The notes below the pieces were generated by a model, which saw only the letters and a list, made by a program, of their open reading frames with translations, was not told the DNA's origin and made no database searches. From Macrostomum lignano (lineage: Eukaryota): a stretch of DNA of 64,000 nt. Position numbers and translations under genes: made by a program. This document shows positions 1 to 37,361 of the stretch, piece by piece. The stretch covers positions 310,001-374,000 of the forward strand of contig NIVC01000064.1 in NCBI GenBank assembly GCA_002269645.1, given 5' to 3'. Within the stretch, counting starts at the first letter, position 1, and each line of letters begins with the position of its first letter.

Positions 1-290
1 TACCAACAGTATTAGCGACACATTCACCGACAAAATTAGCGACACATTCACCGACAAGATTAGCGACACATTCACCGACAGTATTAGCGACACATTCACC
101 GACAGTATTAGCGACACATTTACCGACAGTATTAGCGACACATTCACCGACAAGATTAGCGACACATTTACCAACAGTATTAGCGACACATTCACCGACA
201 AGATTAGCGACACATTTACCGACATCAATAGCAACCTACGATGTCGTAATTTACCGACATCAGCGACAAACAAGATTTACAAGATTAGCG
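1..290. repeat. 24-bp minisatellite ATTAGCGACACATTCACCGACAAG (CNOT7 intron)
   Basis: Direct reading; ~10 copies, degenerating at the 3' end. Confidence 0.9.
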
Positions 291-398
291 ACGCAACAAA
301 GTTCATTGTAGCTTTAAATTTTGCCATTGTTAAGCAATCAAACCAAAAGGCTCTATAATTGTAACCAGACATCACTTCCATTCTTCCTTCGCTCTCAG

Positions 399-1449
399 AT
401 CACTTGGCTGTGCTTTCACTCGCCATTCGACTGGGCCTACGTTATGAAGCTGTGCACAGCCCAGCGCTGTATGCCGGCCTCTCTGCAAGAATTCACCGAA
501 AGTCTCAGCTTATTCTTTCCCAATATTGTCGACATTAAAGTGCTGATGAAACGGTGCAAAAATTTGAAGGGCGGCCTACAAGAGGTGGCCGATCAATTGG
601 ACGTGCCACGCATTGGTTCTCAGCATCAAGCTGGCTCCGATGCTAAAATCACTGGAGACGCCTACTTTAAAATTATCGACGTAAGTTAGTCAAGCTTTGA
701 TGTTCTTTGATCTTTGCCGCTATCATTTAATCTTTTTAGATTTTAACAGCCATTTTTTCATCTTACCGCCATTATTTCATCTCGCCGCCATCCTTTGATC
801 TCGCCGCCATCCTTTGATTTTGCCGTCATCCTTTGATCTTGCCGTCATCCTTTGATCTCACCGCCATCCTTTTGGTCTCACCACCATCCTTTGTTCTCAC
901 CGCACCGCCATCCTTTAATCTCACCGCCATCATTTTGATCTCACCGCCATCCTTTGATCTCACCGCCATCCTTTGATCTCACCGCCATCCTTTGATCTAA
1001 CCGCCATCATTTTGATCTCACCAACATCCTTTGTTCTCACCGCACCGCCATCTTTTGATCTCACCGCCATTATTTGATCTCACCGCACCGCCATACTTTG
1101 ATCTCACCGCCATCTTTTGTAATTGCCGCTCTACTTTGATCTCAGCGCCACTTTATAATTGATCTCAACCAACCGTCCCTCAATATCAATCCCGCCGCAG
1201 ATGTACTTCGAAGGCAAGGTGGACACCAGTCTGGTTGGCTTAGTCTGGGGCCTGCACGAGAGCGGCAGCTCGACTGGCAACGGCATCAACTCCTGGGTGC
1301 CCACCACCGTTGCTTCGTCAATCGTCAGCGGTTACGACGGCTCCTCGTCCTGTGCGGGCGCCTTGAACGGCTCCGGCGCCGGCAGCGCCGCCTCCAGCCA
1401 GCCGAGCTCCCACCGGGCCAGCCCCGTGCCGGCGCAGGAGTCCAGCTGA
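399..1449 (+). CDS. CNOT7: CAF1/POP2 (CNOT7/8-like) deadenylase, last two exons join(399..680,1201..1449); 5' part lies outside the window
   Basis: Translation [14 protein letters not shown]...[37 protein letters not shown]...FKIID|MYFEGKVD...GLVWGL matches the CAF1 C-terminal half. AG before 399, GTAAGT at 681, CCGCAG before 1201; phase 0 is consistent; TGA at 1447-1449. Confidence 0.9.
756..1165. repeat. 19-bp minisatellite TTTGATCTCACCGCCATCC (CNOT7 last intron)
   Basis: Direct reading. Confidence 0.88.
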
Positions 1450-1984
1450 ATAATTTAATAGCTTATTGACATAATATTAACAATACTGAAGCCATAATTA
1501 TTTATCTACTAAAGCTTATGTTATTTGCAATGGCGCATGGCACGTGAACAGTTGGCTGAAGTTGCACGAGTAAAATAGTCCCTTTGAAAACGTTACCCAC
1601 TAGTGACTCTATCGACTCTGGGGCGATTCTTGGCCTAGGAACCGTTTTCATTGGGATTATTTAAGTCCCTATATTGGGTGTTGTTCACTTAGATGCTCGT
1701 ATTCTATTATTTTTGTTTGGATTCTAAACAAACACGTTGTACTTTAGTTTCTTCATTAATATACTATCATTAATTATAGTTCCAGCTCTCCTCACCTCTT
1801 ATCACCTCTCCGCAGGTCATAATATTATTTTTAGAATAACTATATCTATTTTATAATAATATTTAAATAAAATCCTAATGATTACTTTAGCTTTAAAATG
1901 GTAGTCTAAAATCACTGTTAAAGTGACTTACCCTAATTGTAAACCGCTTTGTAGAATGCCCTTTAAATCACCTTTTGTTGTTAC

Positions 1985-2365
1985 TGAATCGCCTGTAAGA
2001 ATCGCCCCTGAATCGTCTGTAAGAATCGCCCCTGAATCGCTTGTAAGAATCGCCCCTGAATCGTCTGTAAGAATCGCCCCTGAATCGTCTGTAAGAATCG
2101 CCCCTGAATCGTCTGTAAGAATCGCCCCTGAATCGTCTGTAAGAATCGCCCCTGAATCGTCTGTAAGAATCGCCCCTGAATCGCCCCTGAATCGCCTGTA
2201 AGAATCGCCCCTGAATCGCCTGTAAGAATCGCCCCTGAATCGCCTGTAAGAATCGCCCCTGAATCGCCTGTAAGAATCGCCCCTGAATCGCCTGTAAGAA
2301 TCGCCCCTGAATCGCCTGTAAGAATCGCCCCTGAATCGCCTGTAAGAATCGCCCCTGAATCGCCT
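1985..2365. repeat. 24-bp minisatellite CTGTAAGAATCGCCCCTGAATCG(T/C), two variant blocks
   Basis: Direct reading; T-variant block then C-variant block, separated by a partial duplication near 2170-2190. Confidence 0.92.
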
Positions 2366-3169
2366 AAATCTTTCTCCTGTTTTAGTCTAACCATCAGTTC
2401 TGAAGCTCGCTTCTCCGTATCCTGTGCTGAATGTAAGCCGTAAAGTTTCCCAACTTATGTTCTGTTTAGGCAGCAGTAATACCGATAAGTGACAGATTTC
2501 GTATTTAAATAGAAAAGTTCATATCTAGAAAGATTCTGATATTCCTTTGTCGATCATTTTGCTAAGACTGCGGTTTTTTAATTTTTAGTTTCACACTCTG
2601 TTTCGTTTGAAATTTTTATTCGCTGTTGTACTAATAAATATTTAATTATCTCTAAGTTGAAAAAGTTCATGCTGCTTGTTCTGCCCTAAATGTACGTCTT
2701 AGTTATCCCAGGTTTCATTTAAAATAAAAATTAGTTTCTAAAACAACTTTTCCCTCCAGTTGTCTCGTGTCCGCAACCGTTCGGTGTAATGCGTCAGTGT
2801 AAATAATATTATCAATTATAAATACGTAAATTTAACAATTTGTCAAGTGCATTCGTGAAGTATCTCTCGCTTGTATTGTGCGCGTGTCTGCCTGGCTCCT
2901 GTCCTGCAGACAGAATTTTGGTTTATATTTAATACATGTGTTTTCTGTAATCTAAGCAAGTAATACCATCGATGACTAATAGCAAAATTTGTTTTGATAA
3001 GTTTCTGCTTTTGTTTCAATTTATTTTTGTCTCGATCAAGTAAAACTGGCAAACATTAATTTGGCGTTTGTGCCATTCTCGCCAATTATGGCCAAAGGTA
3101 CAGAGTATACATGCCTTACGATTGGAATTTAGGGCTGTTGTGTACATCCTGTGGGTGAGCGTCTGGCTC

Positions 3170-5540
3170 AGGTAGATTAATTAGAATTCAAGTAGACTCA
3201 TTAGGATTTAGGAAGATTCAGGTAGACTCAGTGGAGTTCAGGTAGACTCATTAGAACTCGGGTAGACTCATTAGGATTCAGGTAGACTCATTGGAGTCCA
3301 GGTAGACTCAGTGGAGTTAAGGTAGACTCATTAGAACTCAGGTAGACTCATTAGGATTCAGGTAGACCAGACTCATTGGAGTCCAGGTAGACTCAGTGGA
3401 GTTCAGGTTGACTCATTAGAACTCAGGTAGACTCATTAGGATTCAGTCCGACTCATTAGGATTTAGGAAGATTCATTAGGATTCAGGTAGACTCATTAGA
3501 TTCAAGTAGACTCATTAGAAATCAGTTAGACTCATTAGGATTTAGGAAGATTCAGGTAGACTCAGTGGAGTTCAGGTAGACTCATTAGAATTCAGGTAGA
3601 CTCATCAGAATTCAGGTAGACTCATCAGAATTCAGGTAGACTCATCAGAATTCAGGTAGACTCATCAGAATTCAGGTAGACTCATCAGAATTCAGGTAGA
3701 CTCATCAGAATTCAGGTAGACTCATTAGAATTCAGGTAGACTCATCAGAATTCAGGTAGACTCATCAGAATTCAGGTAGACTCATTAGAATTCAGGTAGA
3801 CTCATTAGAATTCAGGTAGACTCATCAGAATTCAGGTAGACTCATTAGAATTCAGGTAGACTCATCAGAATTCAGGTAGACTCATTAGAATTCAGGTAGA
3901 CTCATCAGAATTCAGGTAGACTCATCAGAATTCAGGTAGACTCATTAGAATTCAGGTAGACTCATCAGAATTCAGGTAGACTCATCAGAATTCAGGTAGA
4001 CACATCAGAATTCAGGTAGACTCATTAGAATTCAGGTAGACTCATCAGAATTCAGGTAGACTCATCAGAATTCAGGTAGACTCATCAGAATTCAGGTAGA
4101 CTCATTAGAATTCAGGTAGACTCATCAGAATTCAGGTAGACTCATTAGAATTCAGGTAGACTCATCAGAATTCAGGTAGACTCATCAGAATTCAGGTAGA
4201 CTCATCAGAATTCAGGTAGACTCATCAGAATTCAGGTAGACTCATCAGAATTCAGGTAGACTCATCAGAATTCAGGTAGACTCATCAGAATTCAGGTAGA
4301 CTCATCAGAATTCAGGTAGACTCATCAGAATTCAGGTAGACTCATCAGAATTCAGGTAGACTCATCAGAATTCAGGTAGACTCATTAGAATTCAGGTAGA
4401 CTCATCAGAATTCAGGTAGACTCATCAGAATTCAGGTAGACTCATCAGAATTCAGGTAGACTCATCAGAATTCAGGTAGACTCATCAGAATTCAGGTAGA
4501 CTCATCAGAATTCAGGTAGACTCATCAGAATTCAGGTAGACTCATCAGAATTCAGGTAGACTCATTAGAATTCAGGTAGACTCATCAGAATTCAGGTAGA
4601 CTCATCAGAATTCAGGTAGACTCATCAGAATTCAGGTAGACTCATTAGAATTCAGGTAGACTCATCAGAATTCAGGTAGACTCATCAGAATTCAGGTAGA
4701 CTCATTAGAATTCAGGTAGACTCATCAGAATTCAGGTAGACTCATTAGAATTCAGGTAGACTCATTAGAATTCAGGTAGACTCATCAGAATTCAGGTAGA
4801 CTCATCAGAATTCAGGTAGACTCATCAGAATTCAGGTAGACTCATCAGAATTCAGGTAGACTCATTAGAATTCAGGTAGACTCATCAGAATTCAGGTAGA
4901 CTCATCAGAATTCAGGTAGACTCATCAGAATTCAGGTAGACTCATTAGAATTCAGGTAGACTCATTAGAATTCAGGTAGACTCATCAGAATTCAGGTAGA
5001 CTCATTAGAATTCAGGTAGACTCATCAGAATTCAGGTAGACTCATCAGAATTCAGGTAGACTCATCAGAATTCAGGTAGACTCATTAGAATTCAGGTAGA
5101 CTCATTAGAATTCAGGTAGACTCATCAGAATTCAGGTAGACTCATTAGAATTCAGGTAGACTCATCAGAATTCAGGTAGACTCATCAGAATTCAGGTAGA
5201 CTCATCAGAATTCAGGTAGACTCATTAGAATTCAGGTAGACTCATCAGAATTCAGGTAGACTCATTAGAATTCAGGTAGACTCATCAGAATTCAGGTAGA
5301 CTCATCAGAATTCAGGTAGACTCATTAGAATTCAGGTAGACTCATTAGAATTCAGGTAGACTCATCAGAATTCAGGTAGACTCATCAGAATTCAGGTAGA
5401 CTCATTAGAATTCAGGTAGACTCATCAGAATTCAGGTAGACTCATCAGAATTCAGGTTGACTCATCAGAATTCAGGTAGACTCATCAGAATTCAGGTAGA
5501 CTCATTAGAATTCAGGTAGACTCATCAGAATTCAGGTACA
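3170..5540. repeat. 20-bp minisatellite GAATTCAGGTAGACTCAT(C/T)A, ~100 near-perfect copies plus degenerate 5' flank
   Basis: Direct reading; an EcoRI site in each unit. Confidence 0.96.
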
Positions 5541-6211
5541 CTCTGAACTGTAAGGTAGCAGTTTAAATTTTCATCTCATCAATCTTACGCCATTTTAAGT
5601 TTTTAAATTAGCAATGGATTATGCACTAATTTAAATATCAGGTTTGCGTAATAAAAGTAATAAAATAATATGCACCCAGTCAATCAATATTTTTGAAATT
5701 TAAATGAATCCGTTTATAATAGAAATGTTGAATTTTTAATCACATGCAATGGTTAGCATACAGGTTAGGAGTTTATTATTAACTTAACCATAATAATATA
5801 AAAACAGAAACCTCAAGCTGGAATACACAGTCGAGAAAAATATTCGAATTTGTATAAAAAATATAACTTATTGGTCGTGTAAAATACTACATTAGGTACA
5901 TTAGTATTAGGTGTTGCAATGGTTTGGTTCGGGTCAGTCAAATCCAAGACTCCCGAGTGTACGAGGAAAACTAGCAGTGTAGAATTTTTGCAATTGTTTA
6001 ATTCTTGAGTTAGCGCACACTATCAATAGGAGGGACTTGCTAAATATGTCTATTAAGTTTAGCCGTTTCAACAGCATCTACAACTAAATATGTAAATTTG
6101 GGGTTATTTATACTGCAAAACAATAAACATGCTACGTGTCTGTTACAAGTTCAACTGTTTTACATTAGAAAGTTTTTCATCTCTCGCATTGGAAATGTCT
6201 CAATTAAACTT

Positions 6212-32077
<25,866 letters not shown>

Positions 32078-34389
32078 CTTTTGCCTTGTTTATAATTTGG
32101 TTTTCTCAAGATTCATCAGGACTGGAAAGGTCATAATACATTGATTTACGTATGGCAAGTCTTAAAATTTCTGCCAAAAGCACTGATGAGAAAAATTTAA
32201 ACCTCCAAGCATTAAAAAACAAAAGTTATAGGTACTATATAGCCACAGTTTTACAAATTTTGCTTAGTTTTACAAATTTGAGTAATTTCAAATTTGGCAT
32301 TATTCATTTTAGATTTAAACTTTCGACTTGATGAAAAGCTATCTTAGATATAGCTAATAAGTGAATTTTCTTCAAAAAGTCTATACATTTTAACTGATTT
32401 GTGGTAAGCCTCAAATAGAAGGATTTCCTTAATTTTTATATTAAAACATGGATGTTCAGATTTGTACATCATTTTCTATAAATAATCTTTAAGCAAATAA
32501 AGCATCAAGATTGTTCTTGGCAACTTTTTTCGCAGCAAAATATATTCTTGACAATACCATTTTTTAAGTAAAAGTCAGTAAGCTACTCTCACAAAAAAGG
32601 AAAAGTTTTATGATAAATAGTAATTGTATCTGTATGAATTTATTCATTTAGAGAATTTTTCAAGAATATTATGATTGTTTGCGATTGATCAAATAATTTT
32701 AAAACGTTAGAATAGGTGCTTATAATAAGTATCACACACTAAGTGTTCATTATCAACTTAAAAAACGAAGAAATTATAATTAAATGTATTGTTGGTAAAA
32801 TCGAACCTTTTGAATCTACTTCAATGTATTTAATCTAAGCCGCCAATTAATTTATCAATTTCATTAATCCCACACTAAATTCTATACGTAAATTGACCCC
32901 ATGCTTTTATGATATCTGTCCAAACCATAAAGGATCCCTATAGGATCGTGACGTGACTGGACGTGACGTGACGTCGTTCTACATCTCCTGTACTTAACTT
33001 TGCTTTTATATATGAAGTATGCGCATTCAAAATGTCGAAAAAGTATAGAAAAAGTTTTATTGGTTAAGAGCTCTCATTAAATTCATAAAATTATTTGTTA
33101 ATTCAGATAATATATAGTGAATACAAAACCTTATTGTAGTGTTTCACTGATAAATTAGATAATAATAGTTCATTGCAGCCAAGTTAGATGTCTCTTATTT
33201 AACATAGTTGATAGCATAAAAAGAGATTTAAAATTTATAAATCTGTCGTTTTTTAGTATATAAGTTGTAAATTTTGCTTTCGAATATTAAGTAGTTGGCT
33301 ATAAGAAAACTTAGCTGTACATTTTGTTTAAAATAATAAAAAATAGGACTAAATTTCAAAGTTCATAAAAGTTATCGCTGGCTGAGTAATTTATGCAAGT
33401 AATATTACTTATGCAAATGAAGAGGTCTAAAATGCATGCATTTAATAACTACCAATTTATAACATTAACGTCGGACGTCGGTTTTCATTTACAGACTGGT
33501 TTTCCGTAAAAAAAATTGATACCAAGCAATATGCGCTCCCTATACAATTTCTAAAGTCAGGATGCGCAATTTTTCAAATTTGTTGCATCTTTGATCTTGC
33601 ACGCATTAACGCATAGACTGGGGCCTAGCCATAGCATAGCCGTAGACCTAGGCTATTACTATGGTTATTACTATTCTGTCTCTAATAAAAGAGTCATTTT
33701 AGTTCCTGAAAAAGGCACTAGGCCCTAGGTCTAGTTCTAGCTTCAATTATACTAAGAAAATCAATATGCTACATTTTACCTTGGCTTGAGTTAAATGCAA
33801 GATCAATAAATATTGGTAGATGTAATACAGTTATTTTGTCTGCACTCTGCTGCCTTTTTGTAAGTGTATCACTATTCCCCATTGCATAAAAATTGCTTTT
33901 AGGCCTATTCAAGAGCAAGTGTGGCAAAAGAAGAAAAATTTTAGAAGGACAATACAAAGGCAAAATCAAATATATCTTAGATGAAAAAGCCTTTTTGGCA
34001 TATTGGTATATTGTTATATTTTGGCTATAATATAATTATTGATGTCATTGAAATTTTGGGAAGGCAATCAACTACATTGCCTCCTATCCTTGGCTTTAGT
34101 TCTATTATACCTAGGCAGCATAGGGCCATAGGCTTATTCAAAAACAAACATTTTTTACAAACAAATTAAAAATGGAATTATTTTCACTTATTGTGATTTT
34201 TCATATAAGTATAGAATACAAAATCCCAAGTTTGGTAAACTTTGCCATCTTAAGATCCCAAAAAGATCCTAGTAGGATTAAAAAGGTTTCTAATTTTTGT
34301 TAGTATAGTTTTGGTTTACAAAGCTATCTAACTTGATTTTTAAAGTGCTTTTAATCATTAAATTAGAACAGATTAAAACTTTGCAAATA

Positions 34390-35380
34390 TGAGGGATGTC
34401 CCAAGTTGGTGCACTTTCTTCACTATAGCCTTTTCTGACCGATCAGAAATATTAAGTCTGTTGCAATTGAAAAGAGAATTATCTGCCTATTAAAATGACT
34501 TTCTGTTTATTTCTGTATCTGCTGGCATTCTTAAGATATGAGCACTTTTCTGCCCCACCCCCTGTGCTACTTTTACAAATTGCCATAGACCAAAGCTTTG
34601 TACCTGATGCACAAAACAACAAAACATTCAACAAATCAACAAAACATCTGCAACATGCGGCTGAGGAAAGAACAGTCAAAAGTTAATCAACATTGTCCTG
34701 AGGCTTCTCCATATAGTCACCACTGGGTGCGCTGCACACTTCTACTATTGGCTATGCATGTCGTCAATGTCGTCAATTAGCAAAATCTGAGCGCGGCATC
34801 TCATGAAGGAGAACTTGGCGAGTCAATGCTTCCAGGCTCCCACGACAAGCAAAGATTTGTCCATGCAGCAGCTTCTTTCTCTTTGGAAAGAAGGCAAAGT
34901 CAGCTGTTGACAAATCCAGAGAGTAGGGTAGCAGTGAGAGCAGCTCAAAATTTGCCTGCTCAATTGTCTCCTCCAGTTTCTTGGCCGTGTAGGACATGCA
35001 TTGTCGACATGCACAGCCGATGGCAGAAGTGTGCAGCGCAGTGGTGACTATATAGAGAAGCCTCAGGACAATGTTGATGATTAACTTTTGACTGTTCTTT
35101 CCTCAGCTTTCATCTTGTAGATGTTTTGTTGATTTGTTAAATGTTTCGTTGTTTTGTGCATTAGGTACAAAGCTTTGGTCTATGGCAATTTGTAAAAGTA
35201 GCACAGGGGGTGGGGCAGAAAAGTGCTCATATCTCAAGAATGCCAGCAGATACAGAAATAAACAGAAAGTCATTTTAATGGGCAGATAATTCTCTTTTCA
35301 ATTGCAACAGACTTAATATTTCTGATCGGTCAGAAAAGGCTGTAGTGAAGAAAGTGCACCAATTTTTGGGACACCCCTTG
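34390..35380 (-). mobile_element. Internally deleted mariner (Tc1/mariner) element with ~350-bp terminal inverted repeats
   Basis: 34390-~34742 is the reverse complement of ~35025-35380; TA on both flanks; ends TGAGGGATGTCCCAA / TTGGGACACCCCTTG. The core encodes NFELLSLLPYSLDLSTADFAFFPKRKKLLHGQIF, a decayed version of the mariner HPPYSPDLAPSDF.LF..LK motif. Confidence 0.88.
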
Positions 35381-35591
35381 TAAAAAACTGAGAGTGAGCT
35401 CTGAATTAGAGTATGATATATAGGCTAGTATAATAGACATGCTTTTTAGGTTTGGATCTAGAAAATATTGAACAAGGGTGCAGATTATTAAAGTATCTAT
35501 ATATTATATACATATATTTGATAATTTATATTTCCATATAAAAGATAAAAAAATTAACTTGATAGAAGGCAAAAGGTCATCTTGTACACCT

Positions 35592-35823
35592 CCCTATTGC
35601 AGCCAATGGCCATTTTCGTGGACGGCGTCTGGCGCGGATTGGCCTGGCGGCGGCGCGGCGCGGTGCGTGGCGGCGGCACGCGGTGGCGTGGCGTGTGGCG
35701 GCAGCGCGCGGCGCGCGGCGAGCCATTGACAGACTAATTGAACCAAATCACTGATCCTGGGGACTGGCCCTGGCGCGGGAAAGGGGGGCGTCCGGCGCAG
35801 TTCAGACCTTGGCTGCAATAGGG
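35592..35823. mobile_element. GC-rich MITE, 232 bp, 15-bp TIR, 8-bp TSD
   Basis: TIR CCCTATTGCAGCCAA (35592-35606) / TTGGCTGCAATAGGG (35809-35823); direct repeat GTACACCT at 35584-35591 and 35824-35831. Confidence 0.85.
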
Positions 35824-37361
35824 GTACACCTTAATAATACATTTATAGTTACTCTTACCATTTACCAAAAATTACAGTAAGTTTTGCTTAGGTTTCCTTT
35901 ATACTTAAATAGCATTTTGGTCAAAAAAAGTTGCATGGCTAGTGTAAATCAGGGGGTTGCATACGTAAATATTCATTTAGTTGTAAGCATTTTTATAGCT
36001 CTACTTATACCCTATCCATCATATCAAATAATAGCTACAATGGTCTTTTAAGTTACTGAATGGCTTAAATATAGGAACTAGATGTGTGAAATATATGTTC
36101 TTATAACCATAACTGTATCTCTATATTCTATTTAAAAACCTCAATATTTATAACTTCCTATAGCCATATCCATTTTTATAGTAAAACTTTAAATATAGAT
36201 ATGAGTAAATATCCCTAGCTTTTTGTCTAGTTGTTAGATATAAATTTGATATATTAAGATTTTATGATTTAATGTCAAAATCGTAGATGATAAAAGTTAA
36301 TGTTCAAGTCTATTTTTAATAATGAAAGTTTTTGCTCTATTAGGTTGCAAAATTGCACCTAGGGTAGGCCTATAGTTTTTAATTTTCATTTTTAATGTAA
36401 GATGCAATTTCTACTTACAAAAAGACAATAATCATCTAGGGTCTAATTTTAGGATGCATTTAAGAAATTAAGGATGCTATAATATTCCTTTTGTGAAAAT
36501 AAACCTTAGCTATATTTTATTAAATTTCTTTTTATCCCTATATTTATAAACTTATTCTATAATAAGATTTTTTATCTCTATACAATTAGTCAGGCCCTAT
36601 ATTATACTAACATCAATAAAGTATACTTTTTTTATAAAAATAGGCCCAGGCTAGTAGAAAAAAGCTTTATGTTTAACAATTTTGTCTATTAAAATGATTA
36701 TAAGAAACTTTGTTAATGTAATATCGTTGTTACTTAAATAATATGCACCTTAAAGCCATGTTTTCTGTTTCTACTTTAAAATAATCATTGATTGAAGGAC
36801 AACTAAAACAATGAGTGTTATCATAACAAGCTGCTTTAGTTGTCCCTAGGTTGATTATCAATTATGATAGGCCTACCTAGCCTATCTAGGCAGGTAAAAA
36901 AAGCAATTAATAGTTGATGCCAAATGGAAAAAAGATTTAAATTTCATGCAGCTCAAAGGTAAATGCTAGTCATGTTGCAGAAAGGCTCCCTTTATATAGA
37001 TATTGCATGCATGTATTTGATTTTTTGGAAAAAAACCATGTTGCAAAGGTGCAGGGAATTTCTGGTTGTTGTGCATGGATGATGTCAAACTAGAATAGAA
37101 TTTAAAAAACCCATATGAAAAAAGAATGAATATTCTTAGTCACTAATTAGCACAAATGTTTATACAGAAACAACTACACCATTTTTACAACACTTTCAGC
37201 TTATTGAGAGAAATTCTTTATCTACATAGCAAATTTTCTGTGTGCCTCAAATATTCAACTTCAATCCTGGCTACAGGAAGGGGCCCTAAGCGCCTTCTGA
37301 AGCTTCTTCTTTGACCCAACTTGCCAGGCAATCAATCATTGGCGTCAGCATTTTACCCGGC

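Noticed and set aside
3170-5540. CRISPR-like appearance of regular 20-30-bp repeats (also 40130-44176, 45470-47222, 59755-60722)
   Set aside because: Units are head-to-tail with no unique spacers, there are no cas genes, and the context is a spliceosomal-intron eukaryote.
3590-5540. Hammerhead ribozyme core CUGAUGAG on the minus strand
   Set aside because: There is no GAAA partner and no stems I-III; a 20-nt unit cannot form a hammerhead.
32948-32976. Cluster of TGACG(T) CRE-like half-sites upstream of VWA3B
   Set aside because: It is a short (GTGAC)n-like run about 900 bp from the ATG, the TSS is unknown, and it cannot be distinguished from a microsatellite.
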